A model generated the notes under the pieces. The model saw only the letters and a program-made list of their open reading frames with translations. It had not been told where the DNA came from and ran no database searches. A DNA stretch of 64,000 nt from Hypanus sabinus (lineage: Eukaryota), in NCBI RefSeq assembly GCF_030144855.1, contig NC_082731.1:23002001-23066000 (forward strand), read 5' to 3'. Position numbers and translations under genes: made by a program. Positions 9,502 through 23,443 of the stretch are shown here, piece after piece. Numbering within the stretch: position 1 is the first letter of the stretch; each line of letters opens with the position of its first letter.

Positions 9502-11279
9502 CTAACCGATGATACAGTAGAATTAAGGAAATCGATAAACTGTATTACGGTTGTTTGTGAGATAAACAAAACAATAAATTCATCATGGTCAAAATGCAAA
9601 TTCTGGATTATTCTGGGCAATGTGAACTACAGCCGTATTTGGAAAAAAAAAACCGAGAAGGTGCACAAGAAGAAATTAAAGCAAGAGGGGTAAGTAAAAA
9701 AGACAGAAGATGATAGAGAGGCAGGAACTGCATAAATCGTAGTCTGGTGCCATGTATTGCATTAGGAAGATAATCCTGACTCGTTCATAGATCCTGGGAG
9801 TTGTCACTTCGCAATCGAGCTATTTCGGCAATAGTAAAATGCAGTTTTGACATATGATGGACGTCTGGAAAAGATGGGCGCCATAATCGTCTAAGCCAGA
9901 GATAATGATGGTTCTTATAACACCATGTTCTCATATTCTTTTTGATATCAGTCTTCGTAAAATAGGTGGAGAATTCGAAGTTTTTAGTCTTATGGAAATT
10001 TATTCTCAAAGCACGTTCGTGTCACCGCATATAATACTGTGATTCGCTTTACTATGCGGATACGTAGCTAGTATATAGAATAGTAACAACAACATAACCA
10101 ATAAAGTTCAACCAGAGGGAAGAACATGACGAACGGCAACGTAAATAGAGGGCGAAAACCTAATCATAGATTAACAGTAAATATCGAGAACATAAGATGA
10201 TATTCTGGTTGTTCTTGTTAGTTTTCGTGTATGAAACAAAAAGAGGTTGATTTAAGCGCATCCAACTGAAAGTAATCATAATCTATCCATTGTCTATCCG
10301 TCCACAGGATCTCTTTTTTGGCACCTTTACCTCTGCAACATCTAGTACGTCTTCTGCCCTTTCACTCTGTCTTCTGTTCCAGTGTGGAACTCATTTAACC
10401 ACTCCAGCTGCATAATTTATCTGATTGTAAGGATATTGGTGCGACTTGAGTTCAGTTGTAACTTCTCCCTTCTGTACAAGGTCCATCGTCAATATTCTAG
10501 CTACATCGAGTTACTTTTACCCAAATACTTTAACATAGGTATTTATATTCACTACCCAGTGCCACAGCGTTATCGCTAATTATCTGTTCCGTTGTGGTAT
10601 ACCTGCACTGCAAACCTAAATTACTAAGCAGTATCCAGTTGCAATTACCGTAAAAACGTCGAGTTCTACAATATACTGAAACTGGGCTTTTTCGACAACA
10701 GGAAACAATATGTGGTTTACCTTGACAGCATGAAATCATAAAGAAGTACTGCCGGACTTAATTCCCGAAGTGGAAAGAATGTCACATGAACACAATAGCT
10801 CTTTGAAATAGATCGTGATAACGCATTCCTTTTCAGTAGCCTGTCGCCAGAGTCACAGGATCATATTACTTGCACATGTGAAGCAGATGTTGCATCTTTA
10901 CTAGATTGCCTCAGGAAAATATGCATAGCCCTACAGTATATCTTGGTCGGAAAGCGTGAAACAACAGGAAATATGTTCGCTAGTCTGATCTAAACATAGT
11001 AAAATAAATCGATGGCATTCTGCTAAGAGTTTCCACTCTTTGGAAGGAATCAGCAGATTGATGGAAAATTTGGCGCACATAGCTATGCATAGCATATGTA
11101 CAGAAGCTGCCGACCCTTCCACACCAGAGTCTCCCTCTCCGATTATTCGAGGTTTACTGGATGAACAGTTCTCTGCAGCAATCAAACTTCACACCCGAAT
11201 TATGTACGCCTTGAGTGCATCGAAGCCCGATGCCATAGGTTGTGAGCTGCCTCTCTGATTCCATTCTGAGGTGTAGTAA

Positions 11280-11460
11280 TGCATCAGCACGGAAAGAGCA
11301 GTTACAGCCAAAGAGCTGAACTGCTAGCAGTTACCTTACCATTGCAACAAGAATCGAGTGAGAAGCAGAAAAGCACAGACTCATTCGTTGTTATGTATGG
11401 AATGGTTATGTGCATGACAAGGTGGCGGCAGCAAATGCAACAGGCTGGGAAAATTTTCGG
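11280..11460 (+). mobile_element. Retroviral/LTR-element RNase H relic
   Basis: ORF 11279-11527: SQRAELLAVTLPLQ...STDSFVVMYGM...MTRW, matching the RNase H motifs Q.AEL.A and TDS. Confidence 0.55.
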
Positions 11461-12540
11461 GGGAACAGGAAGTTTTGGATCAGGTTTCGGAAGAGTCAAA
11501 CTGAATGAAGACAACTGTTTTGAATAGAAACGATTCGCAGAAAGATAACTCTTTATCTATCTTCTTTAATTATGACGTTAACTGTGAATTCAGGAATGCC
11601 CTGTTAAAACGCCCGAACTCCGTGCGATGAAGCAAGCGCCACGTAAGATGTAAGATCTTTTAGAAATGTGTATCACAAATAAGGTGTACGTCTACCAGTC
11701 TACATGATGAAAAAAGTTATCATTGCATATGCTGTGTTTTGACATGTTAAAAGACCAGTAGTGTCTGTCACGTCGACTGTCTAGATTAACCAGGGGAAGG
11801 GAGAATTTTGTCCAGCACAGGTATAGGAAGATTGATTTTATCTGATACCAGTCACAGCAGCAACGATTTAAGTATTTGCTTCTTATGGCTTGCTCATCCG
11901 AATCTATTATTGCCTATTCTTTGCACAAAGCTGATTGGATCGCACATTGAATGGAATTTCAGATGTTAATTCTTTTAATGGGCCATACAAAAATACAGTT
12001 AACAACGGATATCACGTCACGCAGCAAACCGTGGCAGTTATGGCTTCTAATGGAGGAATTAATAGTCCACATTCTTTCTAACCCTCATGCATCAGTGCTA
12101 ACTGAAACGGTGAAACGATATTGTAGATAACAGATTTGTTTATTGACACCAGCTCACAACTGACTTAGGTGTTTGACTGTACTGTCGCAAGACTTGTACA
12201 ATGTAAAGAACAGCACAATACTCCATAGATCAATTATGGGAAAACATAATCAAATGTGCCACAGAAGCCAAGGAGAAAATAGTTACCGAAGGAATGGCTC
12301 CCGCATATTCTAAATTCACCGGTTTGAATTGCCAGCTTGTCGTGATGGGACTGTTAAGCTACTGCAGTGTCTCCTTCGCCCTTTGTTACAACAGAATTCA
12401 GTTGTTGTAATCCATACATCAATTAATTTAAAGACCACTTTTGGCGAATGCCATATATTTATTAGCGAGTTCTGTGTCAAACAAGGACTGAAGTGAATAA
12501 TTGAATTCGTTCGACAACAAAAACAGCTGACATCTCGCAG

Positions 12541-12895
12541 CAGTGATCTCCAAATACTGCGGTCCAACCGCCGGGTCGCGAAGAATGCCGCGGTGCAGCA
12601 GTAGCCGGGACGCAGCCAGCACGGCGTTATAAAAAAAAAAACAGAAATAAACAAGCTAATTAATCAGGTGACCCCCGTAATCAGAAATGATTGACGATGG
12701 CGGAGAACAAGTGAAATCTGCTATCGCCTCTGATCTGGGCCGACATTAACATTCCGGGCGGCACCTAATTCATTAGGTTGTTTATTTCAGCTTTCTTTTT
12801 CTTAATGATTTGCAGGGTGCGTCCCGGATATTCCTACACCCTTGCATGCTCCGCTGTCTGGTATTGGTCCACGGCCCGGAGTTTGGGGACCACTG
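12541..12895. mobile_element. Non-autonomous hAT-like element (MITE)
   Basis: Left CAGTGATCTCCAAA versus the reverse complement of the right end CAGTGGTCCCCAAA (12/14). No recognisable 8-bp TSD remains. Confidence 0.55.
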
Positions 12896-14499
12896 CCTAA
12901 TAATCATAACCATTGTTCATTCTGGTACGATGCAGCTACGTTGTTTATGTTGAGTTCACTCTGGACATCCGAATTGGTATTTTACATCATTTAAAATGAG
13001 CTTTAAAGCAATCATCCGAAACGTTTTAGTCGTTGTCAATACCTGTATAATCAGATGCAACTGGCTGCACTGTCGTTGGTATTACAGATATTAATATTTC
13101 CCTTCTCCTTTTTATCAGAATACGTCTAAAGTTAGTCATTTAGTATTGGGAAAGAAATATTACAAGATGGACGTTTAAAACATTAGTTTGAATGAAATTT
13201 CGAGAAAGTTGACAGCAGACCCACTTGATATTAACGTTCAAAATTTCACCAGGGTTTTCCAAATGAACAAAACTCTCATTTTATTTCTCAGTGAGTTATT
13301 GGTATAGTCTCTGCTCAACCAGTAGTGGACAAGCTCTTGTTTGTGCCAGTGGTCCTACTGCGATGGTGGGCAAGCGTATATTTCAGCAAAAGAGAACGTC
13401 CAGTTTCATTATTTCACAAATTACCGCCAGCTATTACCCCGTTGGGCCATGATCTGTGTTTTTCAAGCAGAATCGTTCCGGCTGCAAATTTCTGAAAGAA
13501 GAAACGCTTGGAATCTTCACAGCTATTAGCCAGTTAATTCTGTTGAAGTCGAGACATGAGGCGCTTGAAGCAATACGTTCAAACATGGTTTACACGTCCA
13601 CTCCATACTTCTCTTCCTGGTAGGATTAAAATATTTTACGAACGGATCGATGTGGGGAGCGACTTGTTGCCGAGGACGGAATCAATCACCATTGTCACGT
13701 CAGAGCAAAATGTCTAGACGCTGCTGAAGTAAGGAAAGTCCTAAACAGCAGAGTTTGTTAACGTACGTAGTCGCGTGCTGAGTGTAAGGGCGGTTATTCT
13801 ATATCTTATATATATTTTAATCTTTAAAAGTCTTCTGTTCCCTTAGGATTCCTGTGGTCAACCATCTTACAGATGCCCGAGCTGGCGACAGCAAATTGGT
13901 TGAACCCCTACGTTTAGTGGCATTCTATTCACATTACTTTTAGTGGTAGTTTATGGATCGCATTAAAACACTTCTTCCGCAACTTTGGAAATTTTACAAC
14001 TTGCCTTTCGCTTAAATCGGTCCAATAATAATTTCATAAACTCTGGACCGCACTCCGTAGTGTCCGCAATGTAATTTTTTGTCTCACATGCTAGGATGTT
14101 GTTTGTCGTGATAATTTCAGTTATAATACAAATATACTTCAGAAGATGGTAGGAACATTGCCCTTGTATTTCCTTAGAACTCTGCTCTTTAACGAGTTGA
14201 TTGATTGAAGACTAAACGGACTTCGACTGATTTCAAAATGGGCTAGGAGAAGCCAGAGCAATACAGTGTCTGGAAGTGCATCGTCAAAAAATTCTGTACA
14301 CTGAGTAATGGTGCAGACTATTTCGGAGATAATGGACAAATCTGTAGTGTGTGGGAGTTCAGTGTCCGAGCGTAGGATTTCCTAAAGTGTAACTTGCCTT
14401 TCCGGGTGACGTAAGAAAATCAGGTTGAATCTCAGAATTGTCTTCTGGAACAACGATGTGACCGTTAGTTTCGTGTGAGTGTGGGGACCTCATGGAACG

Positions 14500-14850
14500 G
14501 ATCGAAATTTGAAAGGCCTAGAGAGAGAACACCTGGAAGGTATGCATCCAATATTGATATCTTCTCGGAGCGTAGGAAGGCAAGACGTCTCTGTAGGCAG
14601 ACAAGAGATAAAATTTATTTTGCCAGAGGGAAATGAATCCGTGTAATTTATTGACGCAGACGGCTGCAGGGACAAATACTTTGCACATAATTAAAGCGGC
14701 GATAAGTTCTTGATTATAACTGGATTCAAATGCTTGGAGAAGAAAGTAGGAGAATGGAGCTGAGAAGAAAGGTCATTCATCATGATCGATGTCGGATCAG
14801 GCCTGATGGGCTCAATGGACTAAATCTGCTCTTAGGTCTATAGTCTTTTG
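14500..14850 (+). mobile_element. CR1 LINE 3' end
   Basis: ggggacctcatggaacggatcgaaatttgaaaggcctag...gatgggctcaatggactaaatctgctc...tagtctt is the typical CR1 3' region and tail. Confidence 0.65.
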
Positions 14851-17119
14851 ATAATAGGACAAAACATCATGTTCCTATTCTCAACAACCTCACTGATGAA
14901 AGGCATGGCGATCAAGCAGCTGGCGTGAAGTCAGATTTCAACCCGCTTCTATAGAATACATTGGATAATTGGAATAAAGAATTTTTTCTTGTTTTTACCT
15001 CAATATCGCATGTTGAAACATTCATTTTAAATTAATACCTGCAACGCATTTCTGAGAAAATGTAACATCGTATTTTTGATTCCGCCATTGCTTTCACTTG
15101 AGCTGCTTTAATCTACTCACATAACGAAACGTCTTCGAGGTCTAACGTGCAATTCATGGTTTCTTTACGTAGTAATTTGTTATATTTGATGATAATAAAC
15201 TAATTCCAATCTAACCTCCTCGGAGTAGTAACAATGATACTACCGTCTTACAGCTGCAGAAAGAACAGCTAAACAGGATTTGAGATGAAATCAGGTGACA
15301 TTATTATGTTGTCAATTTAAATTTTATATGGCGCAAAACATTCATGCCCATAGATTATCCTTTATGTTCTGTAGGCATTCATTATACTCTGAGTATGGCT
15401 GTGATAATGCAGAACTCATTCTATTTCAGTTCATTCTTATTCCGACTGGCATTACTTTTTCATTTATGTTTTATATGTAAGATTAGCTTACAGTCTGAGG
15501 ATTATTTGGAATATGTACACGTTACACTGTTGTTGTATTCAATTGTTCTCTGATTTTCATTTGTCACCCGAAATAAATGCATGTGCTGGCTGATCATAAG
15601 AAACTCCAGCACATATACGCTAGCTAGAAAAATAAATTCTGGGTCTTTAGATTGCAAGGAATATATATGAAGGTAATTCAATAGTTGCAAATATAGAAGC
15701 TACACATCATATGGTAACAACAACTAAAGGAAACTACAGAGTTTTAGGTAAATTGAAGTACTTGATTCCACTCTCGATCGCGCGATCTCTTTCTAGGTTT
15801 TACCAAGTCTCCTGAAGACTCTGCATGAGGGCAGAAGGGTAGCACAGTCAAATAGTTGAACAAGAATACAATGCAGGAATTTAAAATTTGCACTAAACTA
15901 TCACAATAATTCATTTCATTAAAAACGTTTTATTGCTTATATTGCTTTTTCTGAAGGTGTCGTCTATAATTGTCATATAAACAAAAAAAAAAAAAAGATA
16001 TAAACGTACGTTTCTCGTCGTTTGTGTCCAAACGAAAATCTACGTTACGTGATGCTGGGAGGATTGTTCTCTCGATAAAATATCTTTGTTTCTGTTGCTG
16101 GCTGTAGATGGCGATGTAAACGTCGAATGTGAATGTGATCGTTCACCAGACGGACATTTCTTCAAATGGACACAGCAACATGATAATGAGATTGCAGATC
16201 GGAGTGGTGTACAGGATAATCATTTGGAACGAAATACATATATCTCGCAAAAAGTTTATTAATTTCCGGGTGAGTGTACCAGGAAATATATCACTGCAGG
16301 AGCTCTGGGTGCCTAGTGATGCATTTCGTTACGATGTCGGATGTAGAAATGAGGCGCCAATAAGACTGAGCGTCTAATTAGAAGCATGCAATTAAATTCG
16401 ATTATCTATCTATTACACCGGCAAATGAAAGTCATATATTAACCGAAAGATACTTGTGTATTCACTCGCAATACTATGAACTTTAGTGGAGAATAGCCAA
16501 TCAAAACTAATATATGACATTTAGCACACCAATGGATCATGGGCATTCATAATTTAATTGGACTCCATTAAACAGAAAACAAAAAAATGGTATTCGCTTA
16601 GGGTGGAATGCAATCATAAATGGGAAAAGGAAGAACAATCAGCCACAATAAACTAAAAGCTCGATCAAATATCAGAGGTGATCAAAAGCCAGCAATGCAT
16701 GGATGCCCGTTTACTTTAAAAGTTTTTTTGGTAATTTCTATCCCCGTGATTATTCCTCCAATTCCACTATGGTTTTCATACATACAGAGCAACAAAGAAT
16801 TAAAGTACATTCACGCTGCTCTTCTCCATTCGATCATTGAAGTGGATGATTTATTTTATTATTACTATTTAGCTGACAGTTTGTGAATGTGTTTGTTTGC
16901 AAATGCAGCAAATATGCACGTACAACAGTCGTCCATTGTTGATATAGGAGCTTCTACATTTCCTCTGGGACACTTTGAATTAATTCCTCATTCGTCAGAC
17001 CATAAGGTACAGGAACAGAAATATGGTATTCGACCATCCAGTCTACGTTCTGTCGATATGAATTTAAATGTATTGTCTAAGTGCTCCTATATTCTATGTT
17101 TTTTTTCTGACTTTACCGT

Positions 17120-17403
17120 GAAGAATTAAACCCATAACTAATGATCCATCTGTGCTGCTGGTTGAAGAACGACAGAGGTTAAGCCTGCATTCTCCTAATT
17201 AAGCAGCATTTTGTGATATTTTATGCTGTAGTTTACATTCAAAATTACATCCAGACTTGTTTGTCAAATGAGAATCATTTGATCCCAATGGCTTCAACTG
17301 TAGGAAAAGCCGATTCCATTTTCTGATTGCCAATGGTGATCCATATTTGAACTGTGCTTCTTCGCACATCTTGCCGAATCCGTAATCTGTCCGAACATCA
17401 ATA
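17120..17403 (+). pseudogene. V-like relic, third family (psiV-C1), tentative
   Basis: ITNDPSVLLVEERQRLSLH[S=Cys23?]...NGFNCRKSRFHFLI...NCASS, then cacatct + 23 nt + acatcaata. DNA-level homology to 50730-51028 and 55150-55429. The Cys-Cys spacing is short (54 codons). Confidence 0.4.
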
Positions 17404-17689
17404 AAATAGGCGCTCTTCATTTCCGGTGTTGACAAACTCCTATGATTCCAAGCTGGCTTTAGTTTAGTTTGGGGATTTCATTTGACCCTGTTCGTCCTTT
17501 TGTAATGACTTTCTGCAACAGTCTGAGGAGCCAAGCCGTAATTCAGGAAAATGCTTCAGCCTTCAATTGAATAGATCAAACCTGAACACTTAACAAAACT
17601 TGCTCTGCAGCCTATGATAAAGAAACGTTCTACTGGAACGTTCAGTTATACCGTGATTTCGTCCTGTATTTCACAGCAGCCAGATCATG

Positions 17690-18460
17690 GTATACAGCGG
17701 ATTCAATGACGTAGAACTAAAACGCGAGGATGTCCTGAAGAGTGGGTATAGAGAGCTTTGCAGGAAGTTAAAAAGCAGAGCGGTTTTGTCAGGATTGCTG
17801 CCTGTGCCACGTGCTAGTCAGGAGAAGAGTATAATGCTCTGGCGGATTATCACGTGGCTGAGGAAGTGGTGTAGCGGGCAGTGTTTCTGATTTCCGGAAC
17901 ATTGGAATCTCTTCTGCAGAGGGTTATACATGTATAAGACAGACGGAATACACATTAACTGCAGGGCAGCCAAAATCATTGCAGTGAGGACTTTATTGCT
18001 ATTGAGGAGGGTTCAAACCACATTTTCATGGGGATGGGAAACAGGGCAGATAGTGGGGTGAGAGTGAAAATAAATAATGTTAAAAGTTCATGCAGTGTCA
18101 GAAATAGAAGGCCTGTGTGAGGTTGAAATAATCTTCTGAAGTGTATCTATTTCAATGCGAGAAGTATTGTGGGAAAGGCAGACGTACTGAGAAGTTGGTT
18201 GACATGTGGAAATATGACATTATAGCCATCAGTGAATCTTGACTACAGGGAAAGTCAGGACGGACAGCTTAATGTTCCAAGCGGAGAAATAGGAAATGTG
18301 TGTCCACATTGTTGGGGTTGTATTACAGACCGCCCAATAGTCAGAGGAGACAATCTGCAGAGAGATAGCAGACAACTGCAGGAAACATAAAGTTGTGATA
18401 GTACGGAATTTTAATTTTCCACATATTGATTGGGACAACCATACTGTTAAGGGTCTAGAC
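17690..18460 (+). mobile_element. CR1 LINE 5' part (ORF1 esterase-like region and start of ORF2 endonuclease), interrupted at 18460
   Basis: FNDVELKREDVLKSGYRELCRKLKS...SGLLPVPRAS...WLRKWC, then KCIYFNARSIVGKA...KYDIIAISES. Confidence 0.85.
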
Positions 18461-19165
18461 CAGGGGTCGGCAACCCGCAGCTCCGGAACCGCATGTGGAT
18501 TCTTTCATCTCTGTGCTGCGGCTCCCTGTGGCTTTGGAAAATAAATGAACAGTATTTAATTAAAATGTATTTTATGTTAGTTTGTTATTTTTTGAAATGT
18601 AATTCTAAATTTGAAGATTATGGTGATCTTGTACAATCAAAATAAAACGTTGTGGCGACCCATTTCCTGACACATCCGAACCTGCTCACAATTAGACAGC
18701 GTTCAGGCTAAGGGGAGGTAACCTACGGAGGTTTCTGAGTACGTGTCTTTTGGAGCATTCGCGCCCACGGGGGGTGGGGGGAGTGGGGGTGGGGGGTGTG
18801 TTGAGGGAGGCCTTAAAGCAAGGCTGTTTAATTCGAATAAAGTTATCTTTGACTGCAGATTACCGACTCCATGTCGTTATTTTAGCGCTGCGTGTAGCAC
18901 ACCGCGACAACGTGTTTTTATCGCTATTAATATACGTCACCACCTCCAATGCCTGACACCCATCAGTGAGCGATTTATTTTAATTTTTTGATCCAAGGTA
19001 GGCTAACTATGGAGTAACCTTCAACCCAACGTCTTTTTTTCGGAGTTCAATATGTCTTTGTTGCATGCAGGAATGTAATTTCGTTTTCTCTGCTGGAGTT
19101 CATCGTTTTCATAAATGAAACACATTATAGTTTGTTTATACATAGCATAAAGGCAAACAAAAGTT

Positions 19166-22100
19166 GAATTTGATGAAACATAGGTAAAAAATTCAATGTA
19201 AATAAATCTTTATATTTCTGGGTAATTTTTATACCTAAATAAATAAAGTTATCATTAACAACTTTAAATGGTATCCTTTCATCCAATAAAGTTTGCGCGT
19301 TTGAAGGGAATAAATCACTCTTATCCAAGTTTAGTTTAAAACCAGAAAAACTACCAAATTGAGCCAACAAAGATAAATTAGCGGGAATAGACCTGCCAGG
19401 ATCAGAAAGCTATAACAACAGGTCATCAGCATAAAGTGATAACCTGTATAATTTCTCATTACGGTTAATACCAAAAATATTAGGAGATTCACGAATAGCA
19501 ATGGCTAAAGGTTCTGATGCAATATTAAACAATAAAGGACTTAAGGGCAACCTTGTCTCGTACCACGAGATAATTGAAAAAAAAGAGGATCTATAATAAT
19601 TTGTAAGAACAGAAGCAACAGGTTTATAATATATTAGTTTGATCCATGATATAAAATAAGGACTAAAATTAAAATATCTCAGAGCGTTAAATAAGTATAC
19701 CCATTCAACTCTATCAAAAGCTTTTTCAGCATCTAATGAAATAACACATTCTGGAATTGTGGGTGATGAAGTATAAATTATATTAATCAATTTTCTAATA
19801 TTAAAAAAGGAATACCGATTCTTAATAAAGCCAGTTTGGTCTTCTGAAATAATCTGTGATAGTACCTTTTCTAACCTAATAGCTAAAATTTTTGTAAGAA
19901 TCTTAGAGTCTACATTTAATAGCGATATAGGGCGATAAGATGCACATAAAGTGGGATCCTTATCTTTTTTGAGAATTAAAGAGATAGTAGCTTCATAAAA
20001 AGACTGAGGTAATCTCTTCTTAACAAATGCATCATTAAAGATTTCACATAACCAAGGGGAAAGCAAAGAAGAAAAACTTTTTAAAAATTCTATAGTATAA
20101 CCATCAGGACCAGGAGCTTTTCCCTGAATTCATTAATGAGATAGCCTCTCCTATTTCGGCCAAAGAGATAGGAGCGTCAAACAAGCTGTCAGTTTGGGTA
20201 TATTCAAATTGTTAAAAAACTTATCCATCATGGACAGATCACCATCAAATTCTGATTGATGTAAAGATTTATAAAAATCTTGAAAAATGTTATTGATTTC
20301 TTTATCATCAGTAGTTAGATTGCCATCTTGTTGACGATTTTTTTTAAAATTTGTCGCTTAGTCGAGATTGCTTTTAATTGTTTAGCTAACAGTTTACCAG
20401 TTCGATCACTACGGATATAAAATTGAACCCTGGTCCTAATTAATTGATTCTCAATTGAAGAATATAGTAACAAGCTATGCTCCATTTGAAGCTCAACTCT
20501 CTTCTTATAAAGTTCTTTAGTCGGAGTAACGGAATAAATCTTATCAATTTCTTTAATTTTATCCACTAATAGAGCAATATCAAAATATCTTTGTTTTCTT
20601 TTACCAACGGAATATGAGATAATTTGTCCACGGATAAAAGCCTTAAAAGAGTCCCAAAGTGTTCCTCTCTCTGTCAATCTCTTCAGTATAGTTTGTTGAG
20701 AAAAACTAGTCAATTTGCTGTTTTATGTTGGTGATGAATTCTGGATCTTGAAGCAAAGTAGCGTTAAGTCTCCAAGATCTAGTATAATTGGAAAAGTCCG
20801 AACTCTTGATAGATAACTTCAAAGGTGCATGATCCGAAAGAGCAATAGAATCATATTTACAGTCAATGACATCTGTTAATAAACGATGATCAATAAGAAA
20901 ATAATCAATTCTAGAATAACTGTGATATACATGTGGAAAAAACGAAAATTCTTTATCTTTAGGTTCATAAACCGCCATATTTCAGTAATTTCCGAATCAA
21001 CCATAAAAGAATTAATAAGTAAGGCTGATCTATTCGGAAGAATTCGAATAGGTTTAGATCTATCCATCGAAGGATTCAAACAACAATTGAAATCTGCACC
21101 CATTATCAACATATATTCATATAGATTAGGAAGCGAGGTAAATAAACGTTTAAAAAATTCAGGGCAGTCAAAGTTTGGAGCATAAATATTAACTACAACC
21201 ACTTTTCGATTAAAAAGTGAACCAGTTATCAACAAAAATCTACCCTGTGGATCAGAAATAATTTCATAATGTGTAAACGAGATTGAGGGGTCTATAAAAA
21301 TAGACACACCTCTAATTTTGGCCGTACAATTCGATTGAAATTGTTGTTCTTTCCAGATCCGAAGAAAGCTTTGATTATCCTCCCTCCTAATATGGGTCTC
21401 CTGTGCAAAAATAATATTAGTATTTAGTCTCTGGAATACTTTAAATATATTTTTTACGTTTAATCGTTTAAACCATTAGTATTCCAAGAGATAAAGTTAA
21501 TAGACTTGTCGATCATGCCAATATTAGTTGTGTATATCATAAAAGGTTAAAAAGACACATAACCCATAATTCATGAAGAAGGAGAAATGATTCAGGAGCA
21601 ACCGGAGAACATGACACCTTAACAATATTAATAATTTAAAGTCGGCCCATAAACTAAAAGCAAAAAAGTAAAAAGCAAAAGCGTGAAAAATTATCCCTAC
21701 CCCCTCCCCCAACCCCACGAAAGAAAGCCAAGCGGCAGGCGCACAAACTAACACTAATTTTACCCCCATTTTCAAGATGGCGACTTCATGAAAAGAAAGA
21801 AAAGAGAAACTATATAACACCCAGATATAAATACAGGGTTGTAAACAGAAAGAATATATATCAATCAAAATGAAAAAAAGTATAAAAAAGCAAAAAATCA
21901 TTAATAAAAAAAGGATAACCATTGAAGTTTAAAATAGTGTAATATGCCTTTAAAAAAAGGTTCCATATTCAAATATAAGGAAATGACGTATCAAAAACAG
22001 AGACTTATGTGAAAAAGAAACGACATTTTGAAAGGACCATATTACAAAAAAATAAATGTAAATTCACCAATCTTTTTTTTAAAAAGGGTTGTCAAAATAA

Positions 22101-23443
22101 AATTAAGAAAGGGTTCAACAATCACTACACCATAGTTAAAAAAAAGGTTCAAAAATTCAAAAGGATCGTCCCATTTTCAAATACAGGCAAAAAAGCGCAT
22201 ACGGAAAGCAAAGTCTTATGGTAAGAAGAAACGACACCTTAAAAAAAATAAATCATTATTACAAAGTCTTAACATGTATATCTAATCCAGAGGAAAAAAG
22301 GTTAATTAAGAAAAAATACATTATAGTAAAGTTAAAAGTGCATCTGTAAATCATGATCATGAAAAAAAACAGGTCTACAGACCAAAAAGCTATGTTACAG
22401 CTTCATAATTTAAAGCCTAAAACGGAATGGCGTCTTCTCTCCAAAAGTTCTTCCACATAACCCATAGTTCAAGTTGTACTAGAAGAGCGATATTCTTCAA
22501 CGAATTTCTTTGCTTCTTCCGGAGTATTAAAGAAACGCTGACTGTTATCGCTCAACGTAATTCTGAGATTCGCAGGATATCTTAAAGCTTGTTTAAGTCC
22601 AATCGAAAGGACCTCCGCCATCACCGGTTTAAAAGCGATTCTCGCCCTTATTACCTCGAATGAATAATCTTCAACAGTTCAAAACTCGTTGTATCTGTGA
22701 GAAATCATATCATTCGGACGAGCTAATCGAATTAAAAGCTCTTTCTCCGGAGTATAATGGAGACGGACAATCACAGCTCGTGGCTTGTCTTTCGCAGCCG
22801 AAAATCTCGAAACTCTGTGGGCACGATCAATAGTAGGTTTAACCCGCAAAGCGTCCTCGCCAAAAATTTCCCATAATAAATTAGAGAAATATTCGGTTAA
22901 GTCACCAGACTCAACATTTTCAGGAAATCCAATAATGCGCAAATTCTTTCTACGAGTCCGGTTTTCAAGATCGGTGATTTTGAACTTATACTGCTCCACT
23001 ATTTTAGCGGTCGACCGTACCTTCTCCTCCAAAGTTTCGATTGTACGCATTTTTTCACAATTTACCTTGTCAAGAGCCGCAAACTTTTCTTCATGCCGTT
23101 CAATATCTGCTGCCTGCGATTGAAGCTTGATATCAAATGATTTAACGACTTCTTCAAGCTCCGACATTTTCGCAGAAATTTTGTTTTCCAGACTTGCAAG
23201 TTTAGTATCCAAAAGACTGGAGATTGCATCGAGAGTTATAGGGTCCTTAGACGATTTCTTAGATACAGATATTTTAAGTTTGAAAAAATTAAATCCAGTG
23301 TTATTTTTAAAAAGAGAAATAAATCGTAAATATCAACCCATGTGATTAAGTACGCAAAGATTTGATTAAAGGGTGCTTATAGCTTAAAAAATGAAGAGCG
23401 CCTAAAGGCAGATGTTTACGTCGTCATCTTGAAACTACACCCC
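19166..23443 (-). mobile_element. L1 LINE, inverted 5' segment (5'UTR, ORF1 ~23270-22465, ORF2 EN-RT from 21516); disrupted
   Basis: ORF1: LENRTRRKNLRIIGFPE...IDRAHRV...PRAVIVRLH. ORF2: MIDKSINFISWNTNGLN, VVNIYAPN, YSRIDYF, SDHAP, YRPISLLNVDSKILTK, SLDAEKAFDRVEW, SLYADDLLL. The 5' end reads GGGGTGTAGTTTCAAGATG at 23443. Multiple frameshifts and stops. Confidence 0.95.

Noticed and set aside
18769-18796. Four G-tracts (potential G-quadruplex)
   Set aside because: Internal to the hAT element and absent from unit 2. No evidence of a locus-specific role.
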